NCBI GenBank assembly: GCA_043803105.1
Contig: JAZDKJ010000006.1
Coordinates: forward strand, 208,673 to 272,672
From: Candidatus Woesearchaeota archaeon
GTDB taxonomy: Archaea > Nanobdellota > Nanobdellia > Woesearchaeales > JAZDKJ01
Direction of reading: 5' to 3'
Length of the DNA stretch: 64,000 bases
Below the pieces are notes generated by a model. That model was given only the letters and a program-made list of their open reading frames with translations, did no database searches and was not told the origin of the DNA. Both the position numbers and the translations under genes were made by a program. The stretch's first letter is position 1; the number at the start of each line of letters is the position of its first letter. Positions 55,003 to 64,000 of the stretch are shown here, one piece after another.

Positions 55003-55447
55003 AAATCTATGATTTTTGACACCGCATGAGAATTGGGAGTCTCACCAGAGCATCAGTCTGGCGCAATGACCAGATTATGCGACCACGCCTTTGCACAATG
55101 GTAAATTTTATATAGGTGTCCCATCTTCTTCTGATTGGATGGACATCTCACCGGAGCTTTTTGCGGCCGGCTTTCTTCTTTTTTCTGAGGACTCAGTTGT
55201 TAATAAGCATTAACCATAACTTTTCGGCAAACTTGCGGTATTTTAGGACATTCATCACTTTGCCATTCTGCGGAAGAACTTCATAAGCTGCAACTCAACC
55301 AAGAATAACATGCCGAAAATCACAACTATTGTTCCTGTTATGGAGTATGCACGGCAGAACATGAAAACAGAGCTGACCTAAGCGAGGTCTTGGCTCCTGC
55401 AAAGGGTTTGGGGGATATTTGAGGCAGTGATAGACCTTCTTGAAGCA

Positions 55448-55786
55448 TTATCTCTTAACTTGTATTTCCTCCGCCTCAATCTCCACTCTTCCATTGTACT
55501 CCTTTAACTGCCCCCTCACAACAATCCTGTCTCCTCTTTCAAGTTTTGTTTTGTCAAATGTAATCACTTGCATCGATGTTGAATAACCAACCTCTAAAAT
55601 CATCAAATTGCCTTTGTCCGTGACCTTCTGCACAACACCTTCTATCTGCACTTCCTTCTCCTGCATCAGGCTTATCTTCTCTATCGGGGTGGTCTCGAGT
55701 TTTATACTTCTGCTCACAACAAACAGTATGATTAGGCCCAGCAAACAACAAGTTACTGCAAGCCTGAGTATTGTATTATCACGCAT
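55448..55786 (-). CDS. membrane-anchored OB-fold protein
   Basis: N-terminal TM, then an OB-like segment VQIEGVVQKV...LMILEV...DRIVVRGQLKEYNGRVEIEAEEIQV. Confidence 0.4.
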   Translation of the reverse strand: MRDNTILRLAVTCCLLGLIILFVVSRSIKLETTPIEKISLMQEKEVQIEGVVQKVTDKGNLMILEVGYSTSMQVITFDKTKLERGDRIVVRGQLKEYNGRVEIEAEEIQVKR

Positions 55787-55881
55787 TACAAGTCTTTTGC
55801 CTAAACATAATAATAAAGAAAACCCTTATTTAACCGTGCATTTTTCGGAAATCTTAAATATCTTCAGAATAAATATAGCCT

Positions 55882-56211
55882 ATGAATAAATCCTTTAGCT
55901 GTAAGCGCTGCGGCGAATGTTGCAGGCACTATGTTCTTCTGACTAAGGATGACTTGAAAATCCTGCGGAATGCAGGTTATTCTGATGCTATAACACCATC
56001 ACGCTTTGACCAGAGAAAAAGATGTCTCAAGTTGGCAGGTAATGACTGTATTTTCCTTGGTTATGATAAAAAGAATACGTTCTGCAAGGTCTATTCCCTT
56101 AGGCCAGAGGTATGCAGAATATACCCTTTCTTCAACAGGAGCATTAAGGCTTGCCCTACCAGTCAATCTGGCTCAATTGCTCATCAATGTTCTGCAAGCC
56201 AGGGTCGTTGA
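55882..56211 (+). CDS. YkgJ-family Cys-cluster protein (CxxCxxCC)
   Basis: CKRCGECCRHY N-terminal motif plus downstream C...C...C. Confidence 0.6.
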   Translation: MNKSFSCKRCGECCRHYVLLTKDDLKILRNAGYSDAITPSRFDQRKRCLKLAGNDCIFLGYDKKNTFCKVYSLRPEVCRIYPFFNRSIKACPTSQSGSIAHQCSASQGR

Positions 56212-56405
56212 GCCCTGTTTCGTTCATCTCTGCTATGCTCGCGCCCAAAGGGCTTGACTCTGTGGGCTGTGGTTCTGGGGTGCCAGTCAATGGATTTTCA
56301 ACAGGTCTTGGCTCGCTCTGCGACCGCCATACCTCTTGCTTGCATCCTGCTAGAGCTGCACTGAGCAAAACAATGACAACTATTGTTGCTGTTATTGCCC
56401 TCATT

Positions 56406-57815
56406 CTAGCCCTCCACTATCTGATAGGTCTCGTTGTCTCCCAGTCCTTGGTTGCTTTCTTCAGGCACCTCAACTCCTTTTGAGTGTATTTCCTGCACTA
56501 TCTGCATCAAGATTGCGTGCGCTTCTTTGACCTTGTCTTGCGCTTCGTTCAAAAGATCTCTTGCGTCTTTAACCAGCTGCGATGTCTGGTTTGAGGTCCT
56601 TGCGCTGTCAAGCAGGGCCTGTGCCTGCGCGTATTTTTCTTTTGCAGCAGCAATGCTTGAGCTGAAATTCAGCAACTTCTCACCGATATTGGTTGTATTG
56701 ATTCCTTTTTCTTGCAGCTTTGTAATTGCCTCATCCAGCCTTTGTTCAAGGTTTTCGCTTCTCTGCACCACATTCCAGACTTTTGAATTCAGCAGCTGTC
56801 CGGTATAGATTTTTTCCTTTTCCTGGATCTGCTTCCATAGTGTTGCTGCCTCTTGTGCAGAAGCCTTGACCTCTTCTTTTGTTGTAGCGTTTGTTGCGTC
56901 TGCAATTATTCCTTGTAGCTGTGCTATATAATCATCAATCTGATTGATTATCGCCTCTACTGTGCTGTTGGTCATGTCTGTTGAGCCTGCAACAGTCTCC
57001 TTAACTTTTTCAAGGTGGTTTATCATCATCTCTGCTCCGTTAATGACCATCTCTTTTGCATGCGTAAGCAGTTGTGCCTGGCAGTCTGTGCAGTTTCCTT
57101 TTTTTGCCTGCTCGAAAAGTTCTTTTTGCTGTTTGTATTCATCGTTTGCCTGCTTGTATTGTTCCTTTGCCCTTTCTAAGAGATGTTTTGATTTGTTTTT
57201 TTGCTCTTTGCTCAGTTCTCTTCGCGTGAATTGGAGTTCTTTCTTAACCACTTTTAGTTGCATTTTTTTCATCGCGTTCTTCGCTTTTATGATACTCATA
57301 TTCATCAGGTTCCTTTGTTGTGCCATGGTCAGATGAGCAAACACCCTTGCTTTTTCTTCTGTCAAGTTATTCAAGAAATCTTTTGCTTCATCTTTTTTGG
57401 CAAGCATCTTGTCGATTTGTTCTGCCTTGTGAGTTGCTATCTTGTCTTTTATCTGTGTAAAAGGCTTAAGTGCTGAGACTGTCCATATAGATTGCAAAAG
57501 GCTCTTGCATCTTGCCTCAGGTTCTGCTATACCATTTTCTTCTAGAAAGCTCGTGCAATCCAACTCCCTGCTCATTAGCTGGCTGCAGGTTTCACCTGGG
57601 TCCAGGCTCAGGTTCTGCTCCTGCAGGAAGTTGATACATTTTAATGATTTGGTCTCGTTTAGCCTTGCCAAGGCGTTCTGTGCCTTAGCTGCCAATACTC
57701 CTTGTTTTGGTTCTGCGTGCCCTGTCTTTGGACTGTTGGCCATGTTCTCTGATTCTGCTATAACTATGCTGGTAAGCATTATTGCCAATGCTGCAAACAA
57801 AAATATTTTTCTCAT
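56406..57815 (-). CDS. secreted coiled-coil protein
   Basis: Start at MRKIFLFAALAIMLTSIVIA (signal peptide). Long K/E/Q-rich helical repeats. Confidence 0.5.
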   Translation of the reverse strand: MRKIFLFAALAIMLTSIVIAESENMANSPKTGHAEPKQGVLAAKAQNALARLNETKSLKCINFLQEQNLSLDPGETCSQLMSRELDCTSFLEENGIAEPEARCKSLLQSIWTVSALKPFTQIKDKIATHKAEQIDKMLAKKDEAKDFLNNLTEEKARVFAHLTMAQQRNLMNMSIIKAKNAMKKMQLKVVKKELQFTRRELSKEQKNKSKHLLERAKEQYKQANDEYKQQKELFEQAKKGNCTDCQAQLLTHAKEMVINGAEMMINHLEKVKETVAGSTDMTNSTVEAIINQIDDYIAQLQGIIADATNATTKEEVKASAQEAATLWKQIQEKEKIYTGQLLNSKVWNVVQRSENLEQRLDEAITKLQEKGINTTNIGEKLLNFSSSIAAAKEKYAQAQALLDSARTSNQTSQLVKDARDLLNEAQDKVKEAHAILMQIVQEIHSKGVEVPEESNQGLGDNETYQIVEG

Positions 57816-57982
57816 TTTTAGGTTCCTCCAGTTGGTGATGCAGTTTCGTATCTTTACGGTGTTTATAAACATGCTTTCTAACGCTTTATTCATCAATCCT
57901 TTACATCCTTTACCACGCTTTACCAAGCTAGAATTCTGGCTCTAGAAAGGTTTTTAAATCTCGGGCTAGAATAGTCTTTTTT

Positions 57983-58654
57983 ATGCAAAAAAAGTGGTGC
58001 CTGGCTATTTTTCTTGTCCTGTTGATGCCTTATTCCTATGCAGCGAATGTGCATGGCACAGTATATGACCTTGACCTAAGACCTGCAAAAGATGCTGTCA
58101 TAACCGTTGATTCTGTGCCTCTGCAGACTCTTATTGCCAAGGATGGAACATTTTCCTTCAACCTTCCTGTTGGCTCTTATCTTCTCACCGCAACCCTGAT
58201 TGATGGCAGCTCTATTTTCGTAAGCCAGCAGAACCTGGTCATACGGGATGACGGTGATTATGTTTCTGACATGATTCTGCTGCCTGACCTTGCTGCTGAG
58301 GAAAATCTGCTAAATGACAATCTTTCCTTTAGCCCATTGGATATTCCTCGGGATTCATCCAAGACATTAATATACATTATTCTTGGTTTCATTGTTGTCA
58401 TTGTGATTGTAGTGGTCGCATTCCTAGCTGTAAGAAAGCTTAGGAAAAAGTTGCCAGTTGATGCTTCAATGGCAGATGAAGTCCTTGCCTTTATCAAGTC
58501 TCATGATGGCCGCACAACCCAGAAGGACATTAGGAAGCAATTCCCTGTTTCTGAGGCAAAGATAAGCCTTGTCATTACAGAGCTTGAACACAAAGGCATT
58601 GTGGAAAAAGTAAAGAAAGGGAAAGGCAATATAGTGATTTTAAAACGTTCTTGA
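57983..58654 (+). CDS. signal peptide plus carboxypeptidase-regulatory-like domain plus TM plus C-terminal winged-HTH protein
   Basis: VHGTVYDLDLRPAKDAVITVDSVPLQTLIAKDGTFSFNLPVGSYLL, then the TM helix IYIILGFIVVIVIVVVAFL, then EVLAFIKSHDGRTTQKDIRKQFPVSEAKISLVITELEHKGIVEK. Confidence 0.55.
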   Translation: MQKKWCLAIFLVLLMPYSYAANVHGTVYDLDLRPAKDAVITVDSVPLQTLIAKDGTFSFNLPVGSYLLTATLIDGSSIFVSQQNLVIRDDGDYVSDMILLPDLAAEENLLNDNLSFSPLDIPRDSSKTLIYIILGFIVVIVIVVVAFLAVRKLRKKLPVDASMADEVLAFIKSHDGRTTQKDIRKQFPVSEAKISLVITELEHKGIVEKVKKGKGNIVILKRS

Positions 58655-58696
58655 AACAACTCCATTTTCAATTCTGTGTTCCCAGTAGACAGCCGT

Positions 58697-59128
58697 TCAT
58701 TTATACACAAATTTTACACAGGTATCAAGATCCAGCATAAGCGGCATATTCAAAGAATCGATCGGCAAAACCCAATCAAAACTCTTGTGTTCTTTAAGAT
58801 TCAGCCTAACTTTCGGTTTTTTGTCCAACGCACACTGAAAGATGTGGTAAGTAAAATCAAGTTCTGGATACCTAACATAAGCAGTGGACAAGAACTTAGT
58901 TAAGGATGGCACTAACAAAATTCCGGTCTCTTCCTTAACCTCACGAAGAATGCCTTCCAATGAGGTCTCACTTGCCTCTAATTTACCAGAAGGAAGACCC
59001 CAACGGTTTCCTTGGGGCGACACAAACGGCTGTCTCAACAGCAGCAGAATAGATCTGTCATATTCGATAAAGCAGCCTGCTGCCTCAAGTTGTGGCTTAA
59101 AATCGACAGGAATATCAAAATATAGCAT
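58697..59128 (-). CDS. NUDIX hydrolase
   Basis: Nudix box GLPSGKLEASETSLEGILREVKEETGI. Confidence 0.75.
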   Translation of the reverse strand: MLYFDIPVDFKPQLEAAGCFIEYDRSILLLLRQPFVSPQGNRWGLPSGKLEASETSLEGILREVKEETGILLVPSLTKFLSTAYVRYPELDFTYHIFQCALDKKPKVRLNLKEHKSFDWVLPIDSLNMPLMLDLDTCVKFVYK

Positions 59129-59243
59129 TTTCAGAAGGAAGAAATCGTCAATTTATAACATTAACGGGTGCCTAAAACCAAAAACTTCCTCATCCAATTC
59201 AAGCGCTGACAAAACTTAAATACATGTTGTATTGTCTTGCCTC

Positions 59244-61067
59244 ATGGAAAAGATTCTTGTTCTCGATTTTGGAGGCCAGTACACTCAGCTTATTGCCAGG
59301 ATTGTCCGCAACTGCAATGTTTATTCTGAAATAGTTGATTGCGAGGCAGACCTTTCAATGATCCTCAGCCAGAAGCCTAAAGGGATAATACTTTCAGGCG
59401 GTCCCGATAGTGTCTATGCCAAGGGAGCTCCTTCCATTGACAAGCGTTTATTGTCTGCCGGAGTGCCTGTTCTGGGTATCTGTTACGGTATGCAGCTCAT
59501 AGCGCATCTGCTTGAAGGCAAGGTTGTGAATGGCTTAGGTGAGTTCGGCCAAACCAAAGTTGAACTTGACACTTTTCATCCATTGTTCTTCGGCCTGCCT
59601 AAGGAAAACAATGTTTGGATGAGCCATGGAGACTCTGTTATCGAATTGCCAAAAGATTTCAAGGTGATAGGCAGGACAAGGCATCACACAGCTGCCATCG
59701 CCTCTGAAACCAGGAAGATTTTTGGTGTGCAGTTCCATCCTGAAGTGAGCCACACTGTCATAGGCACGGACATTGTGTCCAATTTTGTACACAAAATTTG
59801 TGGTTGTGCTTATGATTGGACAATGGCAAGTTTTGTTGAGGAAGCCAAGCAGTACGTGCGTGATACTGTGCACCAAGATGATATTATCTGCTTTGTCAGC
59901 GGTGGAGTCGATTCCTCTTTTGTTGCGCTGCTTTTGTCAAAGACTGAGGGTATAGGAAATGTTTATCCTGTTTATATCGAGGCGCTTATGCGCAAGAACG
60001 AAACAGCCGAAGTTGTAAATGCCCTCAAGTCTGCAGGCATAAAGAACCTTATTGTAAAGAAAGCAGAGGACAGGTTTATTTCTGCATTACATGGTGTAAC
60101 AGAGCCTGAGCAAAAGCGCAAAATCATTGGCAACCTGTTTGGCCAGATTCAGGCAGAGGTAATAAAAGAGCTAAAACTTGACCCAGAGCATACATTTCTT
60201 GCCCAAGGCACTTTGTACACTGACCTTATTGAATCTGGTCTTGGGGTTGGCAAAAGAGCTGAGCGCATAAAATCACATCATAATGTTGGCTGTGAGTTCA
60301 TCGAGGAACTGAAGGCAAAAGGTAGGGTTGTTGAGCCATGCCGTTTAATCTTCAAGGATGAGGTTCGTTTGGCTGGAAAAGAGATTGGTCTTCCTAAGGA
60401 AATCTTTGAGCGCCAGCCTTTTCCTGGCCCTGGTCTGGCTATTCGTATTGTTGACGGTAATTCCTCCTGGATAGACGATTCTTTCAATGTTGCTGATTCC
60501 AAGGTTAAGGAAATAGCTTCAGAGTTTGGTCTTGCTGGCTGCCTTTTGCCGATTAAGATCGTAGGCGTGCAAGGTGACGCAAGGACTTATTGTTTCCTCG
60601 CCCTGCTCTCTGGCGCAAAGGATTGGAAAAATATACGGCTGGCTGCTGAGAAGATTCCCAAGCACGTGAGGCTGGTCAATCGCGTGGTTTACATTCTTGG
60701 CGATCAACCCTCGCATCCTGAAATGGTTATTCCAACAACTATTACAAGAGAAACTGTAGACCAATTGAAGGACATAGATTTTGATGTCCGCAAGATTATC
60801 GATTCATGTGGCTTTTCAGATAAGATTAGTCAGACAATTGTAATTCTTTTTGCTTCAGATTTATTTGGAGCAGCCAAAAGGACAGTCTGTCTGCGCGCTG
60901 TAAATACTCCCACATTCATGACTGTCTCTCCTGTTGCTCCTGATGAGATTTCAATGTCCTGGAAATGTCTGGAAGAAATTAATTCTGTCTTGCTGAAAAA
61001 GCATTCTGTTGGCGCTTTTGTGATTGACGTAACCGATAAGCCTCCTGCCACAACTTGTTGGGAATAG
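59244..61067 (+). CDS. guaA: GMP synthase (glutamine-hydrolysing), single-chain long form
   Basis: GATase MEKILVLDFGGQYTQLIAR...ICYGMQ...HPE, ATP-PPase SGGVDSS, and C-terminal PFPGPGLAIRI...GVQGDARTY. Confidence 0.8.
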   Translation: MEKILVLDFGGQYTQLIARIVRNCNVYSEIVDCEADLSMILSQKPKGIILSGGPDSVYAKGAPSIDKRLLSAGVPVLGICYGMQLIAHLLEGKVVNGLGEFGQTKVELDTFHPLFFGLPKENNVWMSHGDSVIELPKDFKVIGRTRHHTAAIASETRKIFGVQFHPEVSHTVIGTDIVSNFVHKICGCAYDWTMASFVEEAKQYVRDTVHQDDIICFVSGGVDSSFVALLLSKTEGIGNVYPVYIEALMRKNETAEVVNALKSAGIKNLIVKKAEDRFISALHGVTEPEQKRKIIGNLFGQIQAEVIKELKLDPEHTFLAQGTLYTDLIESGLGVGKRAERIKSHHNVGCEFIEELKAKGRVVEPCRLIFKDEVRLAGKEIGLPKEIFERQPFPGPGLAIRIVDGNSSWIDDSFNVADSKVKEIASEFGLAGCLLPIKIVGVQGDARTYCFLALLSGAKDWKNIRLAAEKIPKHVRLVNRVVYILGDQPSHPEMVIPTTITRETVDQLKDIDFDVRKIIDSCGFSDKISQTIVILFASDLFGAAKRTVCLRAVNTPTFMTVSPVAPDEISMSWKCLEEINSVLLKKHSVGAFVIDVTDKPPATTCWE

Positions 61068-61102
61068 TTAAGTTTATTAATATCTTGCTCTTAATTCTTT
61101 TC

Positions 61103-61426
61103 ATGGAAATGAAGGAGCTTCTCAAGTTTATAGACATCGAAGACAAGCGGCTTCACAAGCATTATGGTTATTCTGACAACGAAAAAAGAATTCTTGCAAG
61201 GAATGTCAAGCTTGCAGAGGAGGTTGGAGAGCTCAGCAATGAGGTTCTTGCCTCTCTTTCTTTTCAAAGGAAATCAAAGCTTGATAAAGCTGAGTCTGAC
61301 AATCTTTCGGAAGAATTTGCTGACGTAATTATTACCGCTCTTATTCTTGCCAAGGCAATGGATGTTGACATCAACAAGGCATTGGATGCTAAGGTTGAAA
61401 AGGTGAAGAAGAGGTCCCTTTCCTGA
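61103..61426 (+). CDS. MazG-like nucleotide pyrophosphohydrolase
   Basis: KLAEEVGELSNEV...EEFADVIITALILAKAMDVDI. Confidence 0.6.
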   Translation: MEMKELLKFIDIEDKRLHKHYGYSDNEKRILARNVKLAEEVGELSNEVLASLSFQRKSKLDKAESDNLSEEFADVIITALILAKAMDVDINKALDAKVEKVKKRSLS

Positions 61427-61456
61427 ACAACAAGATTTATTAATCTACAGGCAATA

Positions 61457-63157
61457 TTGCTTCTCATGGACATTCAAAGCCTTATTCGAAAGCACGCCTT
61501 GCACAACGCCTCAAAATACCATGGCAAGGCAAACATTGGTGCTGTCATAGGCAAGGTGGTGCAGGAGGACCCTGCGCTTAAAGCAAGGATTGATGAGATA
61601 AAAAAACTTGCAGTTAAGGTTGTTGCTGATGTTGGCATGCTCTCTGTTGAGCGCCAGCTGTTGGAGTTACAGGAGATTGCCCCTGAATTGCTCGAAAAGA
61701 AAGAGGAGAAAAAGCGTGAATTGCCCGAGCTTACCAACGCTGTTCCTGGCAAGGTTGTGATGCGAATTGCTCCTTATCCTTCAGGCCCTCTTCATATAGG
61801 CAATGCAAAGCCATTGATCCTAAATGATGAGTATGTCAAGCGCTATAAAGGTAGGCTTATCCTTGCTATTGATGATACTATTGGCTCTGATGAGAAGAAT
61901 GTTGAGCCTGATGCTTACAATCTTATCCCTGAAGGGTGTGATTGGCTTAATGTCGTTTTTTCCGAAACCATCTTCAAGTCAGACAGGCTTGAGCTTTACT
62001 ACAAGCATGCTTCGGACTTGATAACAAAGGACGCTGCTTATGTCTGCTCTTGCGATTCTGATACCTTGCGAGCTAACCGCGAGAAATCTGTTGAGTGCTC
62101 GCATCGCAAAGCCTCTGTCTCCACTAACGAAAAATTTTGGAATGACATGCTGTCAGGCAAATTGAAAGAAGGCTCTGCTGTCTTAAGGCTGAAGACTGAT
62201 ATGCAGCACAAGAATCCTGCCTTCCGTGATAGGGTGCTTTTGCGAATCTCTGACAAATCCCATCCCAGGGTTGGCACAAAGTTTCATGTCTGGCCTTTGC
62301 TTGAATTTTCCTGGGCTATTGATGACCATCTGCTTGGCATGACCCATATCCTAAGAGGCAAGGACCTTATGATGGAGTCAGAGATGGAGCGCTTTATCTG
62401 GGATATTTTCCACTGGCCTCATCCTGAGATTATTCATGCCGGGCTCGTTACTATCGCCGGAGTCAAAATCAGTAAGTCAAAATCGGCAAAAGAGGTGAAG
62501 AGCGGAGCTTATTCTGGCTGGGATGATCCCCGCACCTGGAGCCTTCAGTCCCTCAAGAGAAGAGGCATTTTTCCAGAGGCCTTAAGATCATTTTTGCTTG
62601 AGACAGGCATTGGTGAGGGAGAGACAACTGTCCCTATTGACAACCTCTATTCAGAGAACCGGAAAATCCTAGACAAACTCGCTGACCGCTATTTTATGGT
62701 TGAAGACCCAGTGAAGATAGTGATTGAGAACGCACCCTCAGTTGAGATTCATTTGAAAAAGCATCCTGAATTTGCTGAAAGGGGTCTGCGTGTTTACAGG
62801 ACTGATAAAGAGTTTTATATTCGCAAAAAGGATTTTGACGAGCTTGAGGATGGCTCTTTGTATCGCCTCATGGACTGTTTGAACTTCAAGAAAGTTAAGT
62901 CTAAGTTTGTTTTTGATTCTCTAGAGCACTCGAAGTACAAGGATTCTGGCAAGAAGATAATGCATTATGTTCCTGCAAACCTGGATGTTGTCAAGGTTGA
63001 GGTATTGATGCCTGATGCCTCTGTTGTTAAGGGCATTGCAGAGCCAGAGGTCAAAAACCTTAAGGTTGGCTCGCAAGTGCAGTTTGAAAGGTTTGGGTTT
63101 GTCAGATTAGATTCAATAAAGGATGGAGTCTATCATTTCTGGTATACCCATCCGTAG
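61457..63157 (+). CDS. gltX: glutamyl-tRNA synthetase, archaeal/eukaryal type, with an N-terminal extension of about 95 aa
   Basis: HIGH-type motif PSGPLHIGNAK and KMSKS-type motif KISKSKS. Confidence 0.85.
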   Translation: MLLMDIQSLIRKHALHNASKYHGKANIGAVIGKVVQEDPALKARIDEIKKLAVKVVADVGMLSVERQLLELQEIAPELLEKKEEKKRELPELTNAVPGKVVMRIAPYPSGPLHIGNAKPLILNDEYVKRYKGRLILAIDDTIGSDEKNVEPDAYNLIPEGCDWLNVVFSETIFKSDRLELYYKHASDLITKDAAYVCSCDSDTLRANREKSVECSHRKASVSTNEKFWNDMLSGKLKEGSAVLRLKTDMQHKNPAFRDRVLLRISDKSHPRVGTKFHVWPLLEFSWAIDDHLLGMTHILRGKDLMMESEMERFIWDIFHWPHPEIIHAGLVTIAGVKISKSKSAKEVKSGAYSGWDDPRTWSLQSLKRRGIFPEALRSFLLETGIGEGETTVPIDNLYSENRKILDKLADRYFMVEDPVKIVIENAPSVEIHLKKHPEFAERGLRVYRTDKEFYIRKKDFDELEDGSLYRLMDCLNFKKVKSKFVFDSLEHSKYKDSGKKIMHYVPANLDVVKVEVLMPDASVVKGIAEPEVKNLKVGSQVQFERFGFVRLDSIKDGVYHFWYTHP

Positions 63158-63324
63158 CTCTGTTGCTTCATTCGTAAATTTGTCATTTTCTCTGACCAAA
63201 AATTTATAAAGCAATGAATCAGTGGTTGTTGCATGAAGGATAAATACGTTAATCGTGTTCTTTACACTGTTATTTTGGTAATCATCATTCTCTTGCTGGT
63301 GTTCCTTATCAAGAGGTTGTACCT

Positions 63325-63621
63325 GTGAAGACTAACTGGGACCTGGTTGTAAAATTGGCCTTGATTATTTTTGGCATTTTTTTGATTTATCAGATAGCCC
63401 GCTTGTTGTTGGGTGGCTCCTGGTCAACAGAGGAGTTAATAGTTGCCCTTCTTGTATTGAGCCTTACTATGACTTTTCAACTGGCAAAAAAGGTTGAAAG
63501 TATGTCAGCAGACATGAGGAATTTCAAGAATTCTTTCAAGGCCTTAGCAACAGATTTTAAGTCTTTGAGTTTAAGCTACAACGACCATCTGGGTCAGTAC
63601 AAGAAATCACCAAGGCAATAG
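63325..63621 (+). CDS. small membrane protein with C-terminal coiled coil
   Basis: TM helices LALIIFGIFLIYQIARLLLGG and LIVALLVLSLTMTF. Confidence 0.35.
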   Translation: MKTNWDLVVKLALIIFGIFLIYQIARLLLGGSWSTEELIVALLVLSLTMTFQLAKKVESMSADMRNFKNSFKALATDFKSLSLSYNDHLGQYKKSPRQ

Positions 63622-63663
63622 AAACCTTTAAATAACTCGAAGAAAAGTTTTCCTGCGGGGTGA

Positions 63664-63846
63664 TTGTTGATGTCTTTGGTTGTCAAGGCTAAGATTAAGG
63701 AATACGCTAAGGTTGATGACAAGCTGCTCAATGTCTCTGGGGATTTTGCAGACAAGCTTAGCGAGCGTGTTGAGTCTATGATTAAGGATGCCTGCAAGCG
63801 TGCTAAGGATAATGGCAGAAGTACTGTGATGGCAAAAGACCTTTAG
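63664..63846 (+). CDS. archaeal histone-fold protein
   Basis: C-terminal KRAKDNGRSTVMAKDL aligns with the histone HMf LARHAGRKTIKAEDI. The N-terminus (VKAKIKEYAKV) is Lys-rich. Confidence 0.6.
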   Translation: MLMSLVVKAKIKEYAKVDDKLLNVSGDFADKLSERVESMIKDACKRAKDNGRSTVMAKDL

Positions 63847-64000
63847 CGCTTTTTTATCTTTGCTTCTAGTTCCTTTACTCTCTTGTCCCTTTTCTCGAGC
63901 GCTGTGAGGTATGATTCGATCCTCTTGTCCAGGGCAGTTATCGTTTTTAGAAGTTCCCTGCTGAAGCTGTCATGGTGGTAGTCATGCCTTACAACTGTGG
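63843..64000 (-). CDS. 3' end of a minus-strand gene continuing beyond the window; coiled-coil C-terminus
   Basis: Hand translation ...HDYHHDSFSRELLKTITALDKRIESYLTALEKRDKRVKELEAKIKKR*. Its stop overlaps the histone stop. Confidence 0.25.
   Translation of the reverse strand, partial: TVVRHDYHHDSFSRELLKTITALDKRIESYLTALEKRDKRVKELEAKIKKR

Overview
This 64-kb window looks like a chromosomal segment of a small-genome archaeon, probably DPANN-like. The evidence is a histone-fold protein, FtsZ, RNA polymerase subunit L, ribosomal protein L35Ae, a pssA–psd–carS archaeal lipid operon, an ATP-dependent DNA ligase, intron-containing tRNAs, and a tRNA-Ile with a UAU anticodon. GC content is about 45%, with short overlapping genes and AT-rich promoters carrying TATA-like boxes. 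Most of the window is housekeeping: ftsZ, DNA ligase, argG/argH, MTA phosphorylase with MTA/SAH deaminase, AlaX, GMP synthase, GluRS, Nudix, MazG-like, AMMECR1, rpoL and L35Ae. One MoxR–DUF58–vWA operon sits next to a KaiC-like ATPase and a PQQ propeller. Three regions look accessory. First, an IS200-like tnpA element with terminal hairpins sits next to two tandem paralogs of unknown function at the 5' edge. Second, a roughly 12-kb minus-strand surface locus (22.4–34.5 kb) carries an RHH regulator, a 723-aa and a 1706-aa cadherin-like, heavily N-sequon-decorated surface protein, and a triplicated cassette of secreted Cys-containing paralogs each paired with a small membrane protein. A cytoplasmic Tyr/Leu-repeat domain is shared between the 723-aa protein tail and a neighbouring soluble protein. 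Third, a second RHH-headed operon (47.7–53.3 kb) encodes a GC-richer multi-TM/FN3 protein followed by three translationally coupled coiled-coil proteins. Other notable items are a tRNA with two introns and a UAU anticodon, an aberrant tRNA with a duplicated 5' end, a tandem 11-mer repeat array upstream of paired coiled-coil/wHTH genes, and a tyrosine recombinase plus HNH nuclease module. No CRISPR array was seen.
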